NCBI GenBank assembly: GCA_963796275.1
Contig: CAWCKY010000006.1
Coordinates: forward strand, 2,304,001-2,368,000
DNA: 64,000 bases
DNA from: an uncultured Acidobacteriota bacterium
Lineage (GTDB): Bacteria > Acidobacteriota > Blastocatellia > RBC074
Direction: 5' to 3'
Numbering within the stretch: the stretch's first letter is position 1; each line of letters begins with the position of its first letter. Under the pieces are notes generated by a model. It did not search any database and was not told where the DNA came from. It saw only the letters and a list, made by a program, of their open reading frames with translations. A program made the position numbers and the translations under genes. This document shows positions 1 to 11,184 of this stretch, piece by piece.

Positions 1-1077
1 CTCGAGAATACCTGGGTAGGCTTCGACCAGTCGAGCTTCGCGATTCTTCTTACGGTGCGAACGGAGAACAGGGCGATGCCCTGGGCTGTTGTGGAAGATA
101 TCACCTTCACGCGTAATGTGGTCCGTAACGCGGGTTCCGGCGTGCAGATACTCGGGCGCGATGGCGCGAACGGCGGCCGGGTGTCTCGGATCAGATTCAA
201 GGACAACCTGTTCTACAATATCGACTCGCAGGCGTGGGGCAAGCCTGCGTACTACACACATCCAAGAATTGCCGGGTGGAACGGCAGGAGCCTCATGTTC
301 CAGGTACTTCAAGGCCCGCCGGACGTGAGTATTGAACACAACACCTTCATCCAGGCGCAGGGTGGCGCGGGCGGAACGTGGTCGCTTTTCTTCGATCCGA
401 ACACGACTCTCGGCCTGGCGGACGGGTTTCGATTTATCGACAACATCGTTTCGTGGGGCGTAACAGGCTCTGGCAGGCCGGAAGGATCCCCGACGCTCGA
501 TTTCTACACTCCGAATGCCACTTTCCTGAAGAATGCGCTGATCGGCCGTAACAATGACCTCTATCCCGCCGGCAACTTCTTCCCGCCCGACTCGGCGGCC
601 GTCGGCTTCACCTCGACCGTCGGAAGCAATTTCCAGCTCGCCGCAAGTAGCCCATATCGAGACGCCGGCACAGATGGCAGGGATCTCGGCGCTGACATAC
701 CAGGTGCCTCGGACGCGTTGAGAGTTCTGCGTCTGGTTGCTATCAATATAAAGCCGGGCGAGAAGCAGCCGGCGACCATCAACACGAAGAGTAAGGGGAA
801 GCTGCCGTTGGCCATCTTGTCGACCAGAACATTTCCGGCCCCGGCCATGGTCAATACCGCTAGCCTGACCTTCGGCTCCACCGGCAGAGAGCGCAGCCTG
901 GCCTTCTGCAACCGCAATGGAGAGGACGTGAACGGAGACGGGCGCCTGGATCTGGTGTGTCATTTCAATACCACCGAGACGGGGTTGAAAACCGGCGATA
1001 CGCAGGCGGTCCTGATGGGCAGGACTGTGCAGAACGGCCTCATCGAGGGAAGCGACGAGGTTCGCATCGTTCAATAG
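1..1077 (+). CDS. Right-handed beta-helix (pectin lyase-like) protein with a C-terminal beta-sandwich/DxDGDG module; 5' end lies outside the window
   Basis: Frame is open from base 1 (LENTWVGFDQSSFAILLTVRT...). Repeating 'I.F.xNxx.N' beta-helix turns, the 'FQLAASSPYRDAGTDGRDLGAD' cap motif, and a C-terminal 'INIKPG...DVNGDGRLDLVCHF' module. Confidence 0.7.
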   Translation, partial: LENTWVGFDQSSFAILLTVRTENRAMPWAVVEDITFTRNVVRNAGSGVQILGRDGANGGRVSRIRFKDNLFYNIDSQAWGKPAYYTHPRIAGWNGRSLMFQVLQGPPDVSIEHNTFIQAQGGAGGTWSLFFDPNTTLGLADGFRFIDNIVSWGVTGSGRPEGSPTLDFYTPNATFLKNALIGRNNDLYPAGNFFPPDSAAVGFTSTVGSNFQLAASSPYRDAGTDGRDLGADIPGASDALRVLRLVAINIKPGEKQPATINTKSKGKLPLAILSTRTFPAPAMVNTASLTFGSTGRERSLAFCNRNGEDVNGDGRLDLVCHFNTTETGLKTGDTQAVLMGRTVQNGLIEGSDEVRIVQ

Positions 1078-1289
1078 TTCTCACCGATTTTTATATCGGC
1101 GACTACTGCTATCTCGGATGCGTAATTTGCGACATTCGGAGTTATAGCGTTTACTTCTTTTCAATCTATTATCGAGACGGTATCGAGGAGCCGAATCCGG
1201 TATCGGTGCTTTCGCAGCTGGCCATTGCGGCCTCCGCCTTCGGTCTGCTACCAGGACCAACAACTGTTTGATCATCAGAGAGGTATCAC

Positions 1290-2270
1290 GTGATCCAACC
1301 TTTTGAAATGAAAGAGATGCGGCCTATGGAGCTTCACAAGGGCGTGGTCTCTACCACCACCGATGTTTGGAATATGCTCGTAGCGAGCCGTGACGGTGAT
1401 CTGGTCCGCGTGCAGGAACTGGCCCGACGTTGTCCAGCCCTGCTCACTTGCCAATACGACTACACTACGCCTCTGCATTTCGCGGTGTGCAAGGGCCATC
1501 TCGATCTAGTCCGCTATCTGGTGGAGCAAGGAGCGCTCGATTCTACATATTTGACCCATCCCTTTCGGGACTCGCTCGTCACAATGGCTGAGGATCGCGA
1601 ATATGACGAGATCGCACAATTACTGAAGCGGAGCCTCGACGACCCCAATCTCTCCCACGCTTGGGGTGACACCGGAAAGATAGGCTACGGCAAAGACGAA
1701 ACCCAGATCCGTTTTCAAGAGCTGGTGGACAAGAATAAACACGCCGAAGTGGGGGCAATTTTGCAGGAGCGCCCGGAGTTGGCGTTGGACGAAACTGCGT
1801 TCTGGGGCGAAGGCATCCTGATGATGCCAGCCAAGGTTGGAGACCGCCAGATGCTCGAACTCCTGATGCGTAGCGGCGCGCGCGTCCCCGATCTCTCAAA
1901 ATGGGGCGCGCGCTACTACTTCAAGCATTACGAGATCGCCGCCTTCTTGCTGGAAAACGGCATGAATCCCAATCACATGAACTGGCGGCGTTTCACGCTG
2001 CTGCACGATATGGCCTACACCGGCGATCTGCGCAAGGCCGGTTTACTGCTCGATCACGGCGCGGACATCAATCCGCTTGATGATGACTACTGCTCGACAC
2101 CCCTTGGATACGCTGCCCGCTGGGGGCGGCAAGAGACGGTCGCCTTACTCTTGGAGCGGGGCGCCGATGTGAATAAAGCTGGCGAGCCATGGGCGACGCC
2201 GCTGGCCTGGGCGCGAAAGAAGGGGCACGCTGCTATCGAAACCGCGTTGCGGCAAGCGGGCGCACAGTAG
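1290..2270 (+). CDS. Ankyrin repeat protein
   Basis: Ankyrin motifs TPLHFAVCKGHLDLVRYLVEQGA, TLLHDMA...LLLDHGADIN and TPLGYAARWG...LLLERGADVN. Confidence 0.9.
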   Translation: MIQPFEMKEMRPMELHKGVVSTTTDVWNMLVASRDGDLVRVQELARRCPALLTCQYDYTTPLHFAVCKGHLDLVRYLVEQGALDSTYLTHPFRDSLVTMAEDREYDEIAQLLKRSLDDPNLSHAWGDTGKIGYGKDETQIRFQELVDKNKHAEVGAILQERPELALDETAFWGEGILMMPAKVGDRQMLELLMRSGARVPDLSKWGARYYFKHYEIAAFLLENGMNPNHMNWRRFTLLHDMAYTGDLRKAGLLLDHGADINPLDDDYCSTPLGYAARWGRQETVALLLERGADVNKAGEPWATPLAWARKKGHAAIETALRQAGAQ

Positions 2271-2546
2271 GGCGTCGGCGCACTCACGGCGTCTGCAAAA
2301 GGGCGCTAGTGTAAGCGGTGGAAAATCATCGAGCGACGCTGAAGGCCAGCTACCCTTTCAAATACGTTAAAGTTGCAAATCATCACGGCGGACGCTACCG
2401 TTACTATGACGAGGTAGAGATAGTTATGTTGCCGAGCGTGGAAGGTGGATAAGGGATTATGCCCCACCACGTCCGGCAGATGTCAGCAATGGCGCTATAT
2501 AATGGCCGAGATCGACTTTCACCTATCTCGGGAACCGGGAGAATTC

Positions 2547-3608
2547 ATGAAATATCGTCTATCGGTTCAATTCGCCGCTTTCTGCTTAGGCCTTTCAATG
2601 CTGGTTATGCCCCTACCCCTCATCGCGCAATCGACCGAGCCGACCGGGGCTCCCAAGTCACATGCCGAAGGAGCCGCGGTTCGTATCGAGACTTCCCTCG
2701 TCTCAATACCGGTTGCGGTGCTCGATGGACAGGGAAAATTTGTTCCCGGGCTCAAGAAAAGTGACTTTCGCATTTTCGAGGACGATGTCGAGCAGGATAT
2801 CGAGTGGTTTGCCGCGGTCGAAGTGCCGTTCCATCTCGTGCTCCTCCTGGACACTTCGCGGAGCACCGTTTTCCGCCTCGAGGATATCCAACAGTCAGCG
2901 ATAAATTTCGTGGATCAGTTGCGGCCGCAGGACAGGGTCATGGTTATCTCCTTCGATGACGCCGTCAGCGTAGACTCGGAGTTCACGAGCGATCGTCGGC
3001 AATTGCGCCAGGCGATTCGCAACACGCGCACCGGCACCTCGACACGCCTCTATGATGCCGTCGAACTGGCGATCACCGAGCGACTAGATGAAGTTGAAGG
3101 GCGGAAGGCCATCGTGCTCTTCACCGACGGCGCGGACACGGCCAGCCGGCTGGCAAACTCTCGCTCAACTATCGTACGGGTAGAAGCATCGGATGTACTC
3201 GTTTACGTTGTCCAATATGATACCGACAACGATCTTCAGAATTTGGTCTTGGGGCGTGGTGTCGTGATCGGCGGCATGAAGTCGGAGGGGCGTAGGGAGT
3301 CGGGTTACCTGGGCGAGCTGGCCGAGCGCAGCGGAGCCAAGCTCTATCGAACAGAGAATGTGGCGAGCCTCGATCGGGCCTTCGCGCAGATCGCCGGAGA
3401 GTTGCGCAATCAGTATTGGCTCAGCTACTACCCGACCAAGGCGGCGCGCGACGGTTCTTACCGCCGCCTCAGAGTCAGCGTCAACCGTTCCAACGCCGTG
3501 TTGCGTACCCGTGAAGGCTACCGGGCTTCGGCTGAGGAATCCGCCATCGGTCCTGACCAGGCGCCGGGGCGGATGAACCGGCCGATTCTCAAGCGCGCCA
3601 CCAAGTGA
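2547..3608 (+). CDS. VWA domain protein (acidobacterial VWFA-related family), secreted
   Basis: Signal peptide; LVSIPVAVLD..GKFVPGL; MIDAS motif LLLDTSRS; RKAIVLFTDG; ELRNQYWLSYYP. Start placed at ATG 2547 after a GGAG-like RBS. Confidence 0.9.
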   Translation: MKYRLSVQFAAFCLGLSMLVMPLPLIAQSTEPTGAPKSHAEGAAVRIETSLVSIPVAVLDGQGKFVPGLKKSDFRIFEDDVEQDIEWFAAVEVPFHLVLLLDTSRSTVFRLEDIQQSAINFVDQLRPQDRVMVISFDDAVSVDSEFTSDRRQLRQAIRNTRTGTSTRLYDAVELAITERLDEVEGRKAIVLFTDGADTASRLANSRSTIVRVEASDVLVYVVQYDTDNDLQNLVLGRGVVIGGMKSEGRRESGYLGELAERSGAKLYRTENVASLDRAFAQIAGELRNQYWLSYYPTKAARDGSYRRLRVSVNRSNAVLRTREGYRASAEESAIGPDQAPGRMNRPILKRATK

Positions 3609-3714
3609 TGATCGAGTTTTTCATGTCACTATCCCGCTTTGCGGGCTACAGGAATATCAAAAAATTTTGTTTACAGAGAACTAATTCGACATCACGGATT
3701 GACAGGGAAGAGAG

Positions 3715-4680
3715 ATGAGAGAAGAACGGCCGCGAGCCAACTCTGTCCTTTTGATACTTTTGATGGTGGGAATGATCTTATCGATCTTTGCTCAATCGGG
3801 CCGCCGACCGGGTGGGACGGTGTCGACTCCTGCAGATGATGTGGTAGTCAAGCCCAGGAAAGCTCCATTTACGATTCCCGTAAGCGCGATCGACGAGGAT
3901 AGCAAGCCTGTCGCTGGACTCGCCAGGCGCGAGTTCCATCTGTTCGAGAATGGCGTGGAACAGGAGATCATCGGGTTTAGCTCGACCGAGGAGCCGTTCC
4001 AGATTGCGCTACTCATCGACACCTCACGGAGCACCCTCACCAAGATGAAAGCAATGCAACAGGCGGCGTTCGATTTCGTCGAGCAACTTCGTCCGCAGGA
4101 TCGTGTTATGGTCTTGTCCTTTGATGATGATATCTACATCGATACCGAGATGACCGATAATCGCGACGTGTGGCGCCGTGCAATAAGCGGCACGCGTGTT
4201 GGCCGAGGCGCGCGGATATTTGATGCCATCGATTTGACGATCACTGAAAGGCTAGGCCGGCTTGAAGGGCGTAAGGCAATCGTGCTCCTCACTGACGGCG
4301 TGGACAGTGGGAGCCAACATTCCACGGCGCATTCGACCATTACGCGTGCCGAAGCCACCGGTGTCATCGTTTACCCGATTCAATATCTCTCCCGGCTAGC
4401 GCCTCGGACAGTCTTGAATTCCGATCTGCGAGGGCGTGAGGGGGGCGACCCGGCCAGGTATTTTTATTTCGAGATTGCCGAACGCAGTGGTGCCAAGTTC
4501 CACCGAGCCGACACATTGATAGATCTCAGTCTGGTTTTCCGTGAGGTTGCCGAAGATTTGAGGCATCAGTACTGGCTCAGTTATAACCCAGCTGATGCGA
4601 CAGATAGCGGCAAAGTCAGGCGTATCCGCGTTAGTGTCGAGCGGCCGGGTGTATTTGCTCGCGCTCGCAGAGGTCCTTAG
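3715..4680 (+). CDS. VWA domain protein, tandem paralogue of the upstream gene
   Basis: LLIDTSRS, DQ/EQLRPQDRVMV.SFDD shared with the upstream gene, RKAIVLLTDG, DLRHQYWLSY. Confidence 0.9.
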   Translation: MREERPRANSVLLILLMVGMILSIFAQSGRRPGGTVSTPADDVVVKPRKAPFTIPVSAIDEDSKPVAGLARREFHLFENGVEQEIIGFSSTEEPFQIALLIDTSRSTLTKMKAMQQAAFDFVEQLRPQDRVMVLSFDDDIYIDTEMTDNRDVWRRAISGTRVGRGARIFDAIDLTITERLGRLEGRKAIVLLTDGVDSGSQHSTAHSTITRAEATGVIVYPIQYLSRLAPRTVLNSDLRGREGGDPARYFYFEIAERSGAKFHRADTLIDLSLVFREVAEDLRHQYWLSYNPADATDSGKVRRIRVSVERPGVFARARRGP

Positions 4681-4783
4681 CCGACCTTTAAGGGACGCCC
4701 TACTAACTCGAAATCGGCTGCGAAAGAACTGCTCGGCAGAGCGTAAAATTTTTGACGATACCCAATTCTTCAGATTGGGTAAA

Positions 4784-5263
4784 TTACGGTGATGCGGCCT
4801 TCGCTAAATCGGCCATAGTTGCTTGTACGGCGCGTTGCAGGTCATGGGGAGAAAGGATCATCTGCAAACCGCGTTGTCCCGCGCTCACGCTGATTTGTTC
4901 GTAGTTCAGCGCACTTTGGTCGAGAAAAAGTGGATATTTTTTCTTTGACCCCAGCGGTGAGACGCCGCCACGAATGTATCCAGTGAGCGATTGTATTTCT
5001 TTCAATGCAACAAGCTCGACTTTTTTATTGCCAGTCACTGCTGCAAACTTTTTCAAATCGAGTTCTATGTTTCCGGGCACACAAGCCAGAATTACACCGG
5101 TTTTGTCTCCCCGCGCGACAAGCGTTTTGAAGGTCGCCTCGGGCGGCATATTCACTTTACGAGCGACTGAAATCGCGTCCAATTCTTGTTCACTGACTTC
5201 ATAAACGCGCAATTCGTACGGGATATTTAGTTGGTCGAGCATTCTCACGGCATTTGTTTTCAT
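4784..5263 (-). CDS. ybaK: Cys-tRNA(Pro) deacylase YbaK/EbsC
   Basis: [10 protein letters not shown] start, [26 protein letters not shown]. Confidence 0.92.
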   Translation of the reverse strand: MKTNAVRMLDQLNIPYELRVYEVSEQELDAISVARKVNMPPEATFKTLVARGDKTGVILACVPGNIELDLKKFAAVTGNKKVELVALKEIQSLTGYIRGGVSPLGSKKKYPLFLDQSALNYEQISVSAGQRGLQMILSPHDLQRAVQATMADLAKAASP

Positions 5264-5276
5264 AAAGTACCGTCCA

Positions 5277-6176
5277 TCATGGCGACCAGACCGGCTGATA
5301 GTCGTGGGCCGGATTACTCGTCAGCCGCATCACGGCCGATCCATCCGCGTTCATTAGGTATATCTCGACATTGTAATCAGTTGAACAACAGGGGGCGCCG
5401 TCCCGGCTGTCCGCGAATGCGATCCTCTGACCGTCAGTCGACCACGCCGGTTCGACGCCGGCATTCAGCAATCTCTGATCCGATCCGTCGGCGTTCATCA
5501 GGTAGATTCCGGGATCGTTCTCCTGGTCACTTGTGAAAGCTAGTTTGCTCCCATCTGGAGACCAACTCGGGACCCCACGGGTACGCAGGTTATAGGTCAG
5601 CCGCGTGAGCGCGGTGCCGTCCGCATCCATCACCCAGATATCTGGTGCGGGATCTAAGTCAGCAGACTCACGCGTGCTCATGAATGCGATCTTCCGCCCA
5701 TCAGGCGACCAGGCCGGGTAACTGTCAAAACCCGGAACAATTGGCCGTGTCACGTCCGATCCATCGGCATTCATGACATAAATCCCAAAGACGCGAATCC
5801 CAAAACTGACGTAGCGATCACTTGTGAACGCGATCTTCCGCCCGTCAGGCGACCACGCCGGTTCAATGTCGAAGCCGGCATCGTTCGTCAGCCGAGTGAG
5901 GCCCGAACCGTCGGCGTTCATCACGTAGATTTCCCAGTTGCCATCCCTGTTGCTCCGGAATGCGATCCGGCTCCCGTCAGGTGACCAACTGGGCTCATCA
6001 TCCCAGGCCGGATCATCGGTGAGCCTTGTCAGATCCGAGCCGTCGGCATTCATCACGTATATCTCGAAGTTGCCATCCCGGTTGCTCGAAAATGCGATTT
6101 TCGGGGTGGCTAACCCTTGCGTAAATAAGGACGTCGTTACCAGTAGACACGCCACCAGAAAAAACAGCCTTTGCAT
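5277..6176 (-). CDS. TolB-like PD40 beta-propeller protein, secreted
   Basis: Repeated [25 protein letters not shown] units; signal peptide from ATG 6176 with a GGAG RBS. Confidence 0.9.
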   Translation of the reverse strand: MQRLFFLVACLLVTTSLFTQGLATPKIAFSSNRDGNFEIYVMNADGSDLTRLTDDPAWDDEPSWSPDGSRIAFRSNRDGNWEIYVMNADGSGLTRLTNDAGFDIEPAWSPDGRKIAFTSDRYVSFGIRVFGIYVMNADGSDVTRPIVPGFDSYPAWSPDGRKIAFMSTRESADLDPAPDIWVMDADGTALTRLTYNLRTRGVPSWSPDGSKLAFTSDQENDPGIYLMNADGSDQRLLNAGVEPAWSTDGQRIAFADSRDGAPCCSTDYNVEIYLMNADGSAVMRLTSNPAHDYQPVWSP

Positions 6177-6685
6177 AATATGATCTCCTAAAATATTTCG
6201 TATTGATCTGCCAGGTTCCAACCGAATGAAAATCATTTGAAATTGAAACTTAGTTTGTTGGAACCGGTGCGAATTAAAATCCGACGGAAAAAGTGGCTTC
6301 ATTTTAAATGTACTTCGTGAATAGGCTTGATCAAATGAGTTTCAAGTAATTGTTGAAATCACCGATAACTAATTACTTTAATTTTCACATGATTCAAATT
6401 ATAAGGTGGGCAAACGTTGTAGCTATCGCGAGTTTTATAATCTACTTCATTACTCACACGTCCACAAGCTTCACTCCTAAAGCAATCTTTATTCCAACGT
6501 GGCAACGGTTTGAATGGAAAGAGATTTAGCGACTCAAGGGCGATTCTGAGGCCTTGTTTGGCACATTCAGTGGCTCTCAGTGAGTCAGCCTGGCGCAATT
6601 TGTTTCGCCAAGCAGTTACGGTTTAATAACGTTTCGGTAATAAAGTTCCAATAATATAAGGTTTCAGTTGGGAATGTTGGTAAAC

Positions 6686-6732
6686 AACTAAAAACTAAAA
6701 ACTAAAAACTAAAAACTGAAAACTGAAAACTG
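6686..6732. repeat. Heptamer tandem repeat (AACTAAA)x4 (AACTGAA)x2+
   Basis: Read directly, just downstream of the DUF885 gene stop. Confidence 0.9.
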
Positions 6733-6742
6733 GGTTGGGTAC

Positions 6743-8380
6743 TCAAGCCTCGAGCAGGATCACCTCGTCGTTTGATCCGAGATACTCCCACCGCAGGAGC
6801 GCGACTGGAATGTTTCCGTTCTTCCAAACGTAATCGTGAAATGCGCGCAAGCTGAATTTAGCTCCAAGGGCTTGCCGTGCTTCAGCCAGAAACTTTGTAA
6901 TTTGCAGCTTGCCGATTTGGTATGTGATGGCCTGACCGGGAAGGGAAGCGAAGAAGATGGCTTCGGCCCGCGCGGTTTCGTAATCCATCGGCGTTTTAGT
7001 CTGCAAGTACTCCGTCGCCTCATCAATGCTGAAGAGACCCAGCGCCAGCTTGACGTCAACTTCGACCCGCAGGGCGCGCAGCCGCATGAAGTTGTAGATG
7101 ATCGCGCGCGTCCGCGGGCTGTCATCGAACAACCCGGCCTGGAGCATCATCTCCTCCGCGTAAAAGCCGATGCCCTCATTGGGCCCCGAATCATAGTAAT
7201 AGCGACGAATCGGATTTTCATGCGCCCACGAGAGCGCCATTTGAAAGTAATGGCCCGGGACGCCTTCGTGCACGATGAGCGGGCGCGGGTCGCGCGCCGA
7301 TGAAAGTTCGAAATAACCCAGATTCTGCGCAGGCTGAGGGATGTAACGCACGCCATTTTCATCAAGACGAGTCGGGGATGTCAGGTCATCAACCACGCCG
7401 AGAGCCGCCAGCGGCTCAATGTATGCGGGCAGCGGCAGATTACGATAATGCCGCATCCAATCGGGCACGGTTAGAATGTTTTTCTCTTCGAGGAAGCGCC
7501 GAATATTTTTTTCGTCTTCCTCCTCGCGCGCCATCTGCGTAGCCTGATCGGGAAAGAGTGGATCTTCAGCCATGCCGGTTGCGCGTTCTTGCGCGATGGC
7601 TTCAAAAGCGATGGATCTCTCCCATTCCTGTCTGCCCATCGCCAGCAATTGTTCCGGGGTATACGGCATCAAAGCGACGTGCCGAAGAAAATAGACATAA
7701 CCTTCACGCCCGACCGCCATCTCTTCCGACATCGCAGGCAATCGCTCTTCCAGCCAGGCCCGCCAGTCTTCCAGCGCCGCGATCGCTTCTTCCGAGACTT
7801 GCCCGATCTCTCCGGCGCTTTGGCTTGCAAGCAGCGGCTGAAGTTCACGGGCGACTTGCGAGAGCCGCGGACGCAGTTGGCGCAATATCTCGAGCGTCAC
7901 CACGGCAAACGGTTTGACGGCGCCGCGCGCCAGATTGGCCTTCCCGTCGGCGAGCAATTTCGGAATGCGCCGCAGGCAGTTAATGATCTCCGCGCTGCGG
8001 TCGTGATCGAAAGGACGGTTCTTGAGCAATTCTTCGAAGAGCGCTCCCAGCGTCTGATAAATATAAAACCTCGGATTGCATTCCCAGGAGCGCAAAACGT
8101 CCAACTCCCAGCGCACGCGAGCCAACGCCGACCCGATTGATCGATAGTCTACCTGACGGGGAATCGGCCATGCTGACACATCAATGCTCTTCCACCGTTC
8201 TGTGAATACAGCCAGAGCCGCGCGCTGTCGCTCGACAGCGGTCTGCGACCAATCGGGTTCCCAACCGCGCGGGCGTTCGATGCGCGGAAGGTCGTCGCTT
8301 GAGTTTGGTTGGTGAAAAGCGCGCCACTCCCAGAAGTCGCGCGCGAGTTGATCAAGTTGATCGAAATTGTGTTCAGTCAT
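6743..8380 (-). CDS. DUF885 family protein (putative zincin-type metallopeptidase)
   Basis: HEGVPGHYFQ, EGIGFYAE, RALRVEVDVKL, PGQAITYQIGKLQI, FSLRAFHD motifs. Start at ATG 8380 avoids overlap with the upstream gene. Confidence 0.88.
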   Translation of the reverse strand: MTEHNFDQLDQLARDFWEWRAFHQPNSSDDLPRIERPRGWEPDWSQTAVERQRAALAVFTERWKSIDVSAWPIPRQVDYRSIGSALARVRWELDVLRSWECNPRFYIYQTLGALFEELLKNRPFDHDRSAEIINCLRRIPKLLADGKANLARGAVKPFAVVTLEILRQLRPRLSQVARELQPLLASQSAGEIGQVSEEAIAALEDWRAWLEERLPAMSEEMAVGREGYVYFLRHVALMPYTPEQLLAMGRQEWERSIAFEAIAQERATGMAEDPLFPDQATQMAREEEDEKNIRRFLEEKNILTVPDWMRHYRNLPLPAYIEPLAALGVVDDLTSPTRLDENGVRYIPQPAQNLGYFELSSARDPRPLIVHEGVPGHYFQMALSWAHENPIRRYYYDSGPNEGIGFYAEEMMLQAGLFDDSPRTRAIIYNFMRLRALRVEVDVKLALGLFSIDEATEYLQTKTPMDYETARAEAIFFASLPGQAITYQIGKLQITKFLAEARQALGAKFSLRAFHDYVWKNGNIPVALLRWEYLGSNDEVILLEA

Positions 8381-8490
8381 CGTCAATTCAATCACTGCCG
8401 CGAGCAGTCGCAAGAGCAGCCCCCGGCTGATACGACAGGGGCTGCCACTCTTGCTCGCCGTGCCAAGCTTACCGGACTGCGGCCGGACTT

Positions 8491-10959
8491 TTACTTCACC
8501 TTCCACTCCTGGATGCCAGCCGACCAATTCTGCTGCATCGTGATCTCAAGACGCAGCCCCGTCGTCGACACTGATTTGAAGGTGACCTTATTGAATTTAT
8601 CCTTCTCGACGCCGTAAGACTCGGTCGTTTCTACTGGCTTCCACGCCTCCCCGTCCTTGTAGAGGATGCGCCAGGAGGCGGGCGTGCGACACTCGCCGCG
8701 GCCAGTGTCGTCGTACCAATAGAGATCGGTCTCCGAGATCGTGGCGGGTTTCTCGAAGGCGTATTCCACCCATTCCGCCGCGCCTTTCTTGGGCCACCAA
8801 TGGAAATAAGTGTCCGAGTTGTCTCTCGACGATCGCGGCTCGGATTGATCGTTGATGGCGGCGATGAGGTTGGGATTCTGGTTTTCCGACGCGCGAACTT
8901 TGCTCTTCGAAGCGATTGTCGGTGGGGGCGGCAGCTTGACGCTCGATTCGTTGTTGGGGAGCCAGACGATCATCTCCCCGCGACCTCGGTTGGCCCAGGC
9001 GTAATAGGGAATCGCGGTGAAATCCTGTTCGGTCTTGATCGCTTTGCCCTCGGCGTTTGAGGCGAGGGCGACGGCTCTGCCTTTGACGATCGTGACGCCG
9101 TTAAGCAGGTCGGGTTTGAACTGGGCTGTCAGCTTCGCGTTGTCGGGCAGTACCAGGTTGCGCACGCGACCGTTCGGATTATCGGTCCACTCGGCGCAAT
9201 AGACGAGCGGTCCGCGCTGCAGCGCCACCCGCCCGCGATCGGCCTCTACCTGGTCATTAGCCACTATGCGCCGGATCGGCATCGGCAGAGCCAGTTCTAT
9301 CACATCGCCCGATTTCCAATTGCGATTCAGGCTCGCGTAGCCCTTGTCGAGTTGGAAAGTCACGGTCTTGCCGTTGACCTTGAGCGCGACCGCCTCATCG
9401 AATTTGTCATGGAAGCGATAAAGGTCGCCCGGTGCGGCTTCGTTGCGCGCCCAGCCGGGGATGCGCACGTTAATCCTGAATTGCCCGCTCTTGTCCGGAT
9501 TGACTGTCATTTTGATATAGCCGTCCCATGGGTAGCGCGTCTCCTGAACCATCTTCACCGTTCGGCCATTGTCCATCTTGGTCTCAGCCCGACTTCCGAC
9601 AAAGAGGTTGACGTAGAGCGTATCGCCCTGCTGAGCGTAGACGTAGCCGGGCACGGAGGCCAGGAATCGCGTGATGTTTCCCGGACAGCAGGCCACGCCG
9701 AACCAGGGGCTGCGCTGATGCTGACCTTTGGATTCCAGCGGGTTGGGATAGAAGAACGACTTGCCGTCAAGCGACACACCGGAGATCAACCCGTTGTAAA
9801 GCGTCCGTTCCATCACATCGATGTAGCGCGCATCGGCGTGCAGCAGGAACAGGCGATAGTTCCAGTAATCGTTGCCGATGGCGGCACAGGTTTCGTTATA
9901 GGCGGTCATATTCGGCAACTCGAAGTCGCGTCCGAATGCTTCGCCGGAACCGGTAGCTCCGATACCGCCGGTGAGATACAGCTTCCGGCCGACCATGCTT
10001 TCCCAGATTCTATCGATCGCGTTGAGATAGGCCGCGTCTCCGGTGAGAGCCGCGACATCGGCGATGCCCGAATACATATATGTCGCGCGCACGGCGTGAC
10101 CGACCGGTTCGTTCTGCTCTACGACTTTCTTATGAGACTGGTTGTAGGCGCGGCCGGCGCCCTTATCGCCATCCGGTCCGCGTTCGTCGAGCATGAACTT
10201 GGCCAGATCGAGATACCGCTGCTCGCCGGTGACGCGGTATAACTTGACCAGACCCATCTCCGTGATCTGGTGGCCCGGCCAGATGGATTTCTTGCCCGGC
10301 CCGAAAGTCTCTGTGAGCAGGTCAGCGGTCTTGAGCGCGATGTCCAGCAGCGAGCGTTTGCCCGTGGCTTGATAATGAGCGATGGCGGCTTCATAGAGAT
10401 GACCCAGGTTATAAAGCTCGTGGCTGTCGTCTTTCTCCAGAACCCAACGCTCCTTCCCGGCCCAGCGGTGAGGGTTGATGGGGTCAATTGTGCGAGTGGT
10501 GTAAAGGTAGCCGTCCTTTTCCTGGGCGGCGCCGATCTTTGCGATCAGGCTGTCGAGGTAAGCTTCGAGCTTGGCATCAGGGTGAACGCTGAGCGAGTAA
10601 GAAGCGCCTTCGAGCACTTTGTAGACGTCGGTATCGTCGAAGGGATAGCCGGGCGGTCTCTTGTCCTGAAGCTGCTCGCCGCGGAGCGCCGCAGCGGCGC
10701 GCTCGAAGTGATAAACGCGTTTCGTGTCCTCGCATTTCTCGAAAGCGAAGGGAATCGTCACCGTCCGGTTGATCTCGATTCGCGGCGCCCAGAAGACGTC
10801 GTTGAAATGCACAGCGGTGAACGGCACAGGTTTGACGGGATAATCGCGCGGCGGTTTGGTGGCCGTCGTTTTGTCATTTTGCGCAATAGTCGCCGGAGTA
10901 ACCCAAAGGCAGAATGCCGCGACAATACTAAAAATGAAGCGTTTTTTTGCGGTTTTCAT
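8491..10959 (-). CDS. GH127 beta-L-arabinofuranosidase-like glycoside hydrolase with a C-terminal discoidin/CBM-like domain
   Basis: Signal peptide; FDDTDVYK, HELYNLGHL, GHAVRA.Y, YNETCA, FFYPNPL, ACCPGN, LQRGPLVYCAE, IPYYAWANRG. Confidence 0.92.
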   Translation of the reverse strand: MKTAKKRFIFSIVAAFCLWVTPATIAQNDKTTATKPPRDYPVKPVPFTAVHFNDVFWAPRIEINRTVTIPFAFEKCEDTKRVYHFERAAAALRGEQLQDKRPPGYPFDDTDVYKVLEGASYSLSVHPDAKLEAYLDSLIAKIGAAQEKDGYLYTTRTIDPINPHRWAGKERWVLEKDDSHELYNLGHLYEAAIAHYQATGKRSLLDIALKTADLLTETFGPGKKSIWPGHQITEMGLVKLYRVTGEQRYLDLAKFMLDERGPDGDKGAGRAYNQSHKKVVEQNEPVGHAVRATYMYSGIADVAALTGDAAYLNAIDRIWESMVGRKLYLTGGIGATGSGEAFGRDFELPNMTAYNETCAAIGNDYWNYRLFLLHADARYIDVMERTLYNGLISGVSLDGKSFFYPNPLESKGQHQRSPWFGVACCPGNITRFLASVPGYVYAQQGDTLYVNLFVGSRAETKMDNGRTVKMVQETRYPWDGYIKMTVNPDKSGQFRINVRIPGWARNEAAPGDLYRFHDKFDEAVALKVNGKTVTFQLDKGYASLNRNWKSGDVIELALPMPIRRIVANDQVEADRGRVALQRGPLVYCAEWTDNPNGRVRNLVLPDNAKLTAQFKPDLLNGVTIVKGRAVALASNAEGKAIKTEQDFTAIPYYAWANRGRGEMIVWLPNNESSVKLPPPPTIASKSKVRASENQNPNLIAAINDQSEPRSSRDNSDTYFHWWPKKGAAEWVEYAFEKPATISETDLYWYDDTGRGECRTPASWRILYKDGEAWKPVETTESYGVEKDKFNKVTFKSVSTTGLRLEITMQQNWSAGIQEWKVK

Positions 10960-11184
10960 AATCGCTCCTCTTATAACGAAATAACGAATAACGAATTTGC
11001 AATTGTCGCTCTATCGCGCGACAGCAAGCGTGAGTCGAGCGGAGTGCCGAAGATCATGGCCGTCCTGACGCCTGACTGCGGCTCGATGAGAGATCGCGCC
11101 TTTCAACTAAACGGGCGATATCTATCAATCGCCCTTCCTTCATCACCGATCTTGCTTCGTATATGGCAAACCGCGGTTGAATGA

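Noticed and set aside
9352-11184. Long plus-strand ORFs (296 and 304 aa)
   Set aside because: Antisense shadows of the GH127 gene; similar shadows occur over other GC-rich genes (e.g. 60841-61905).
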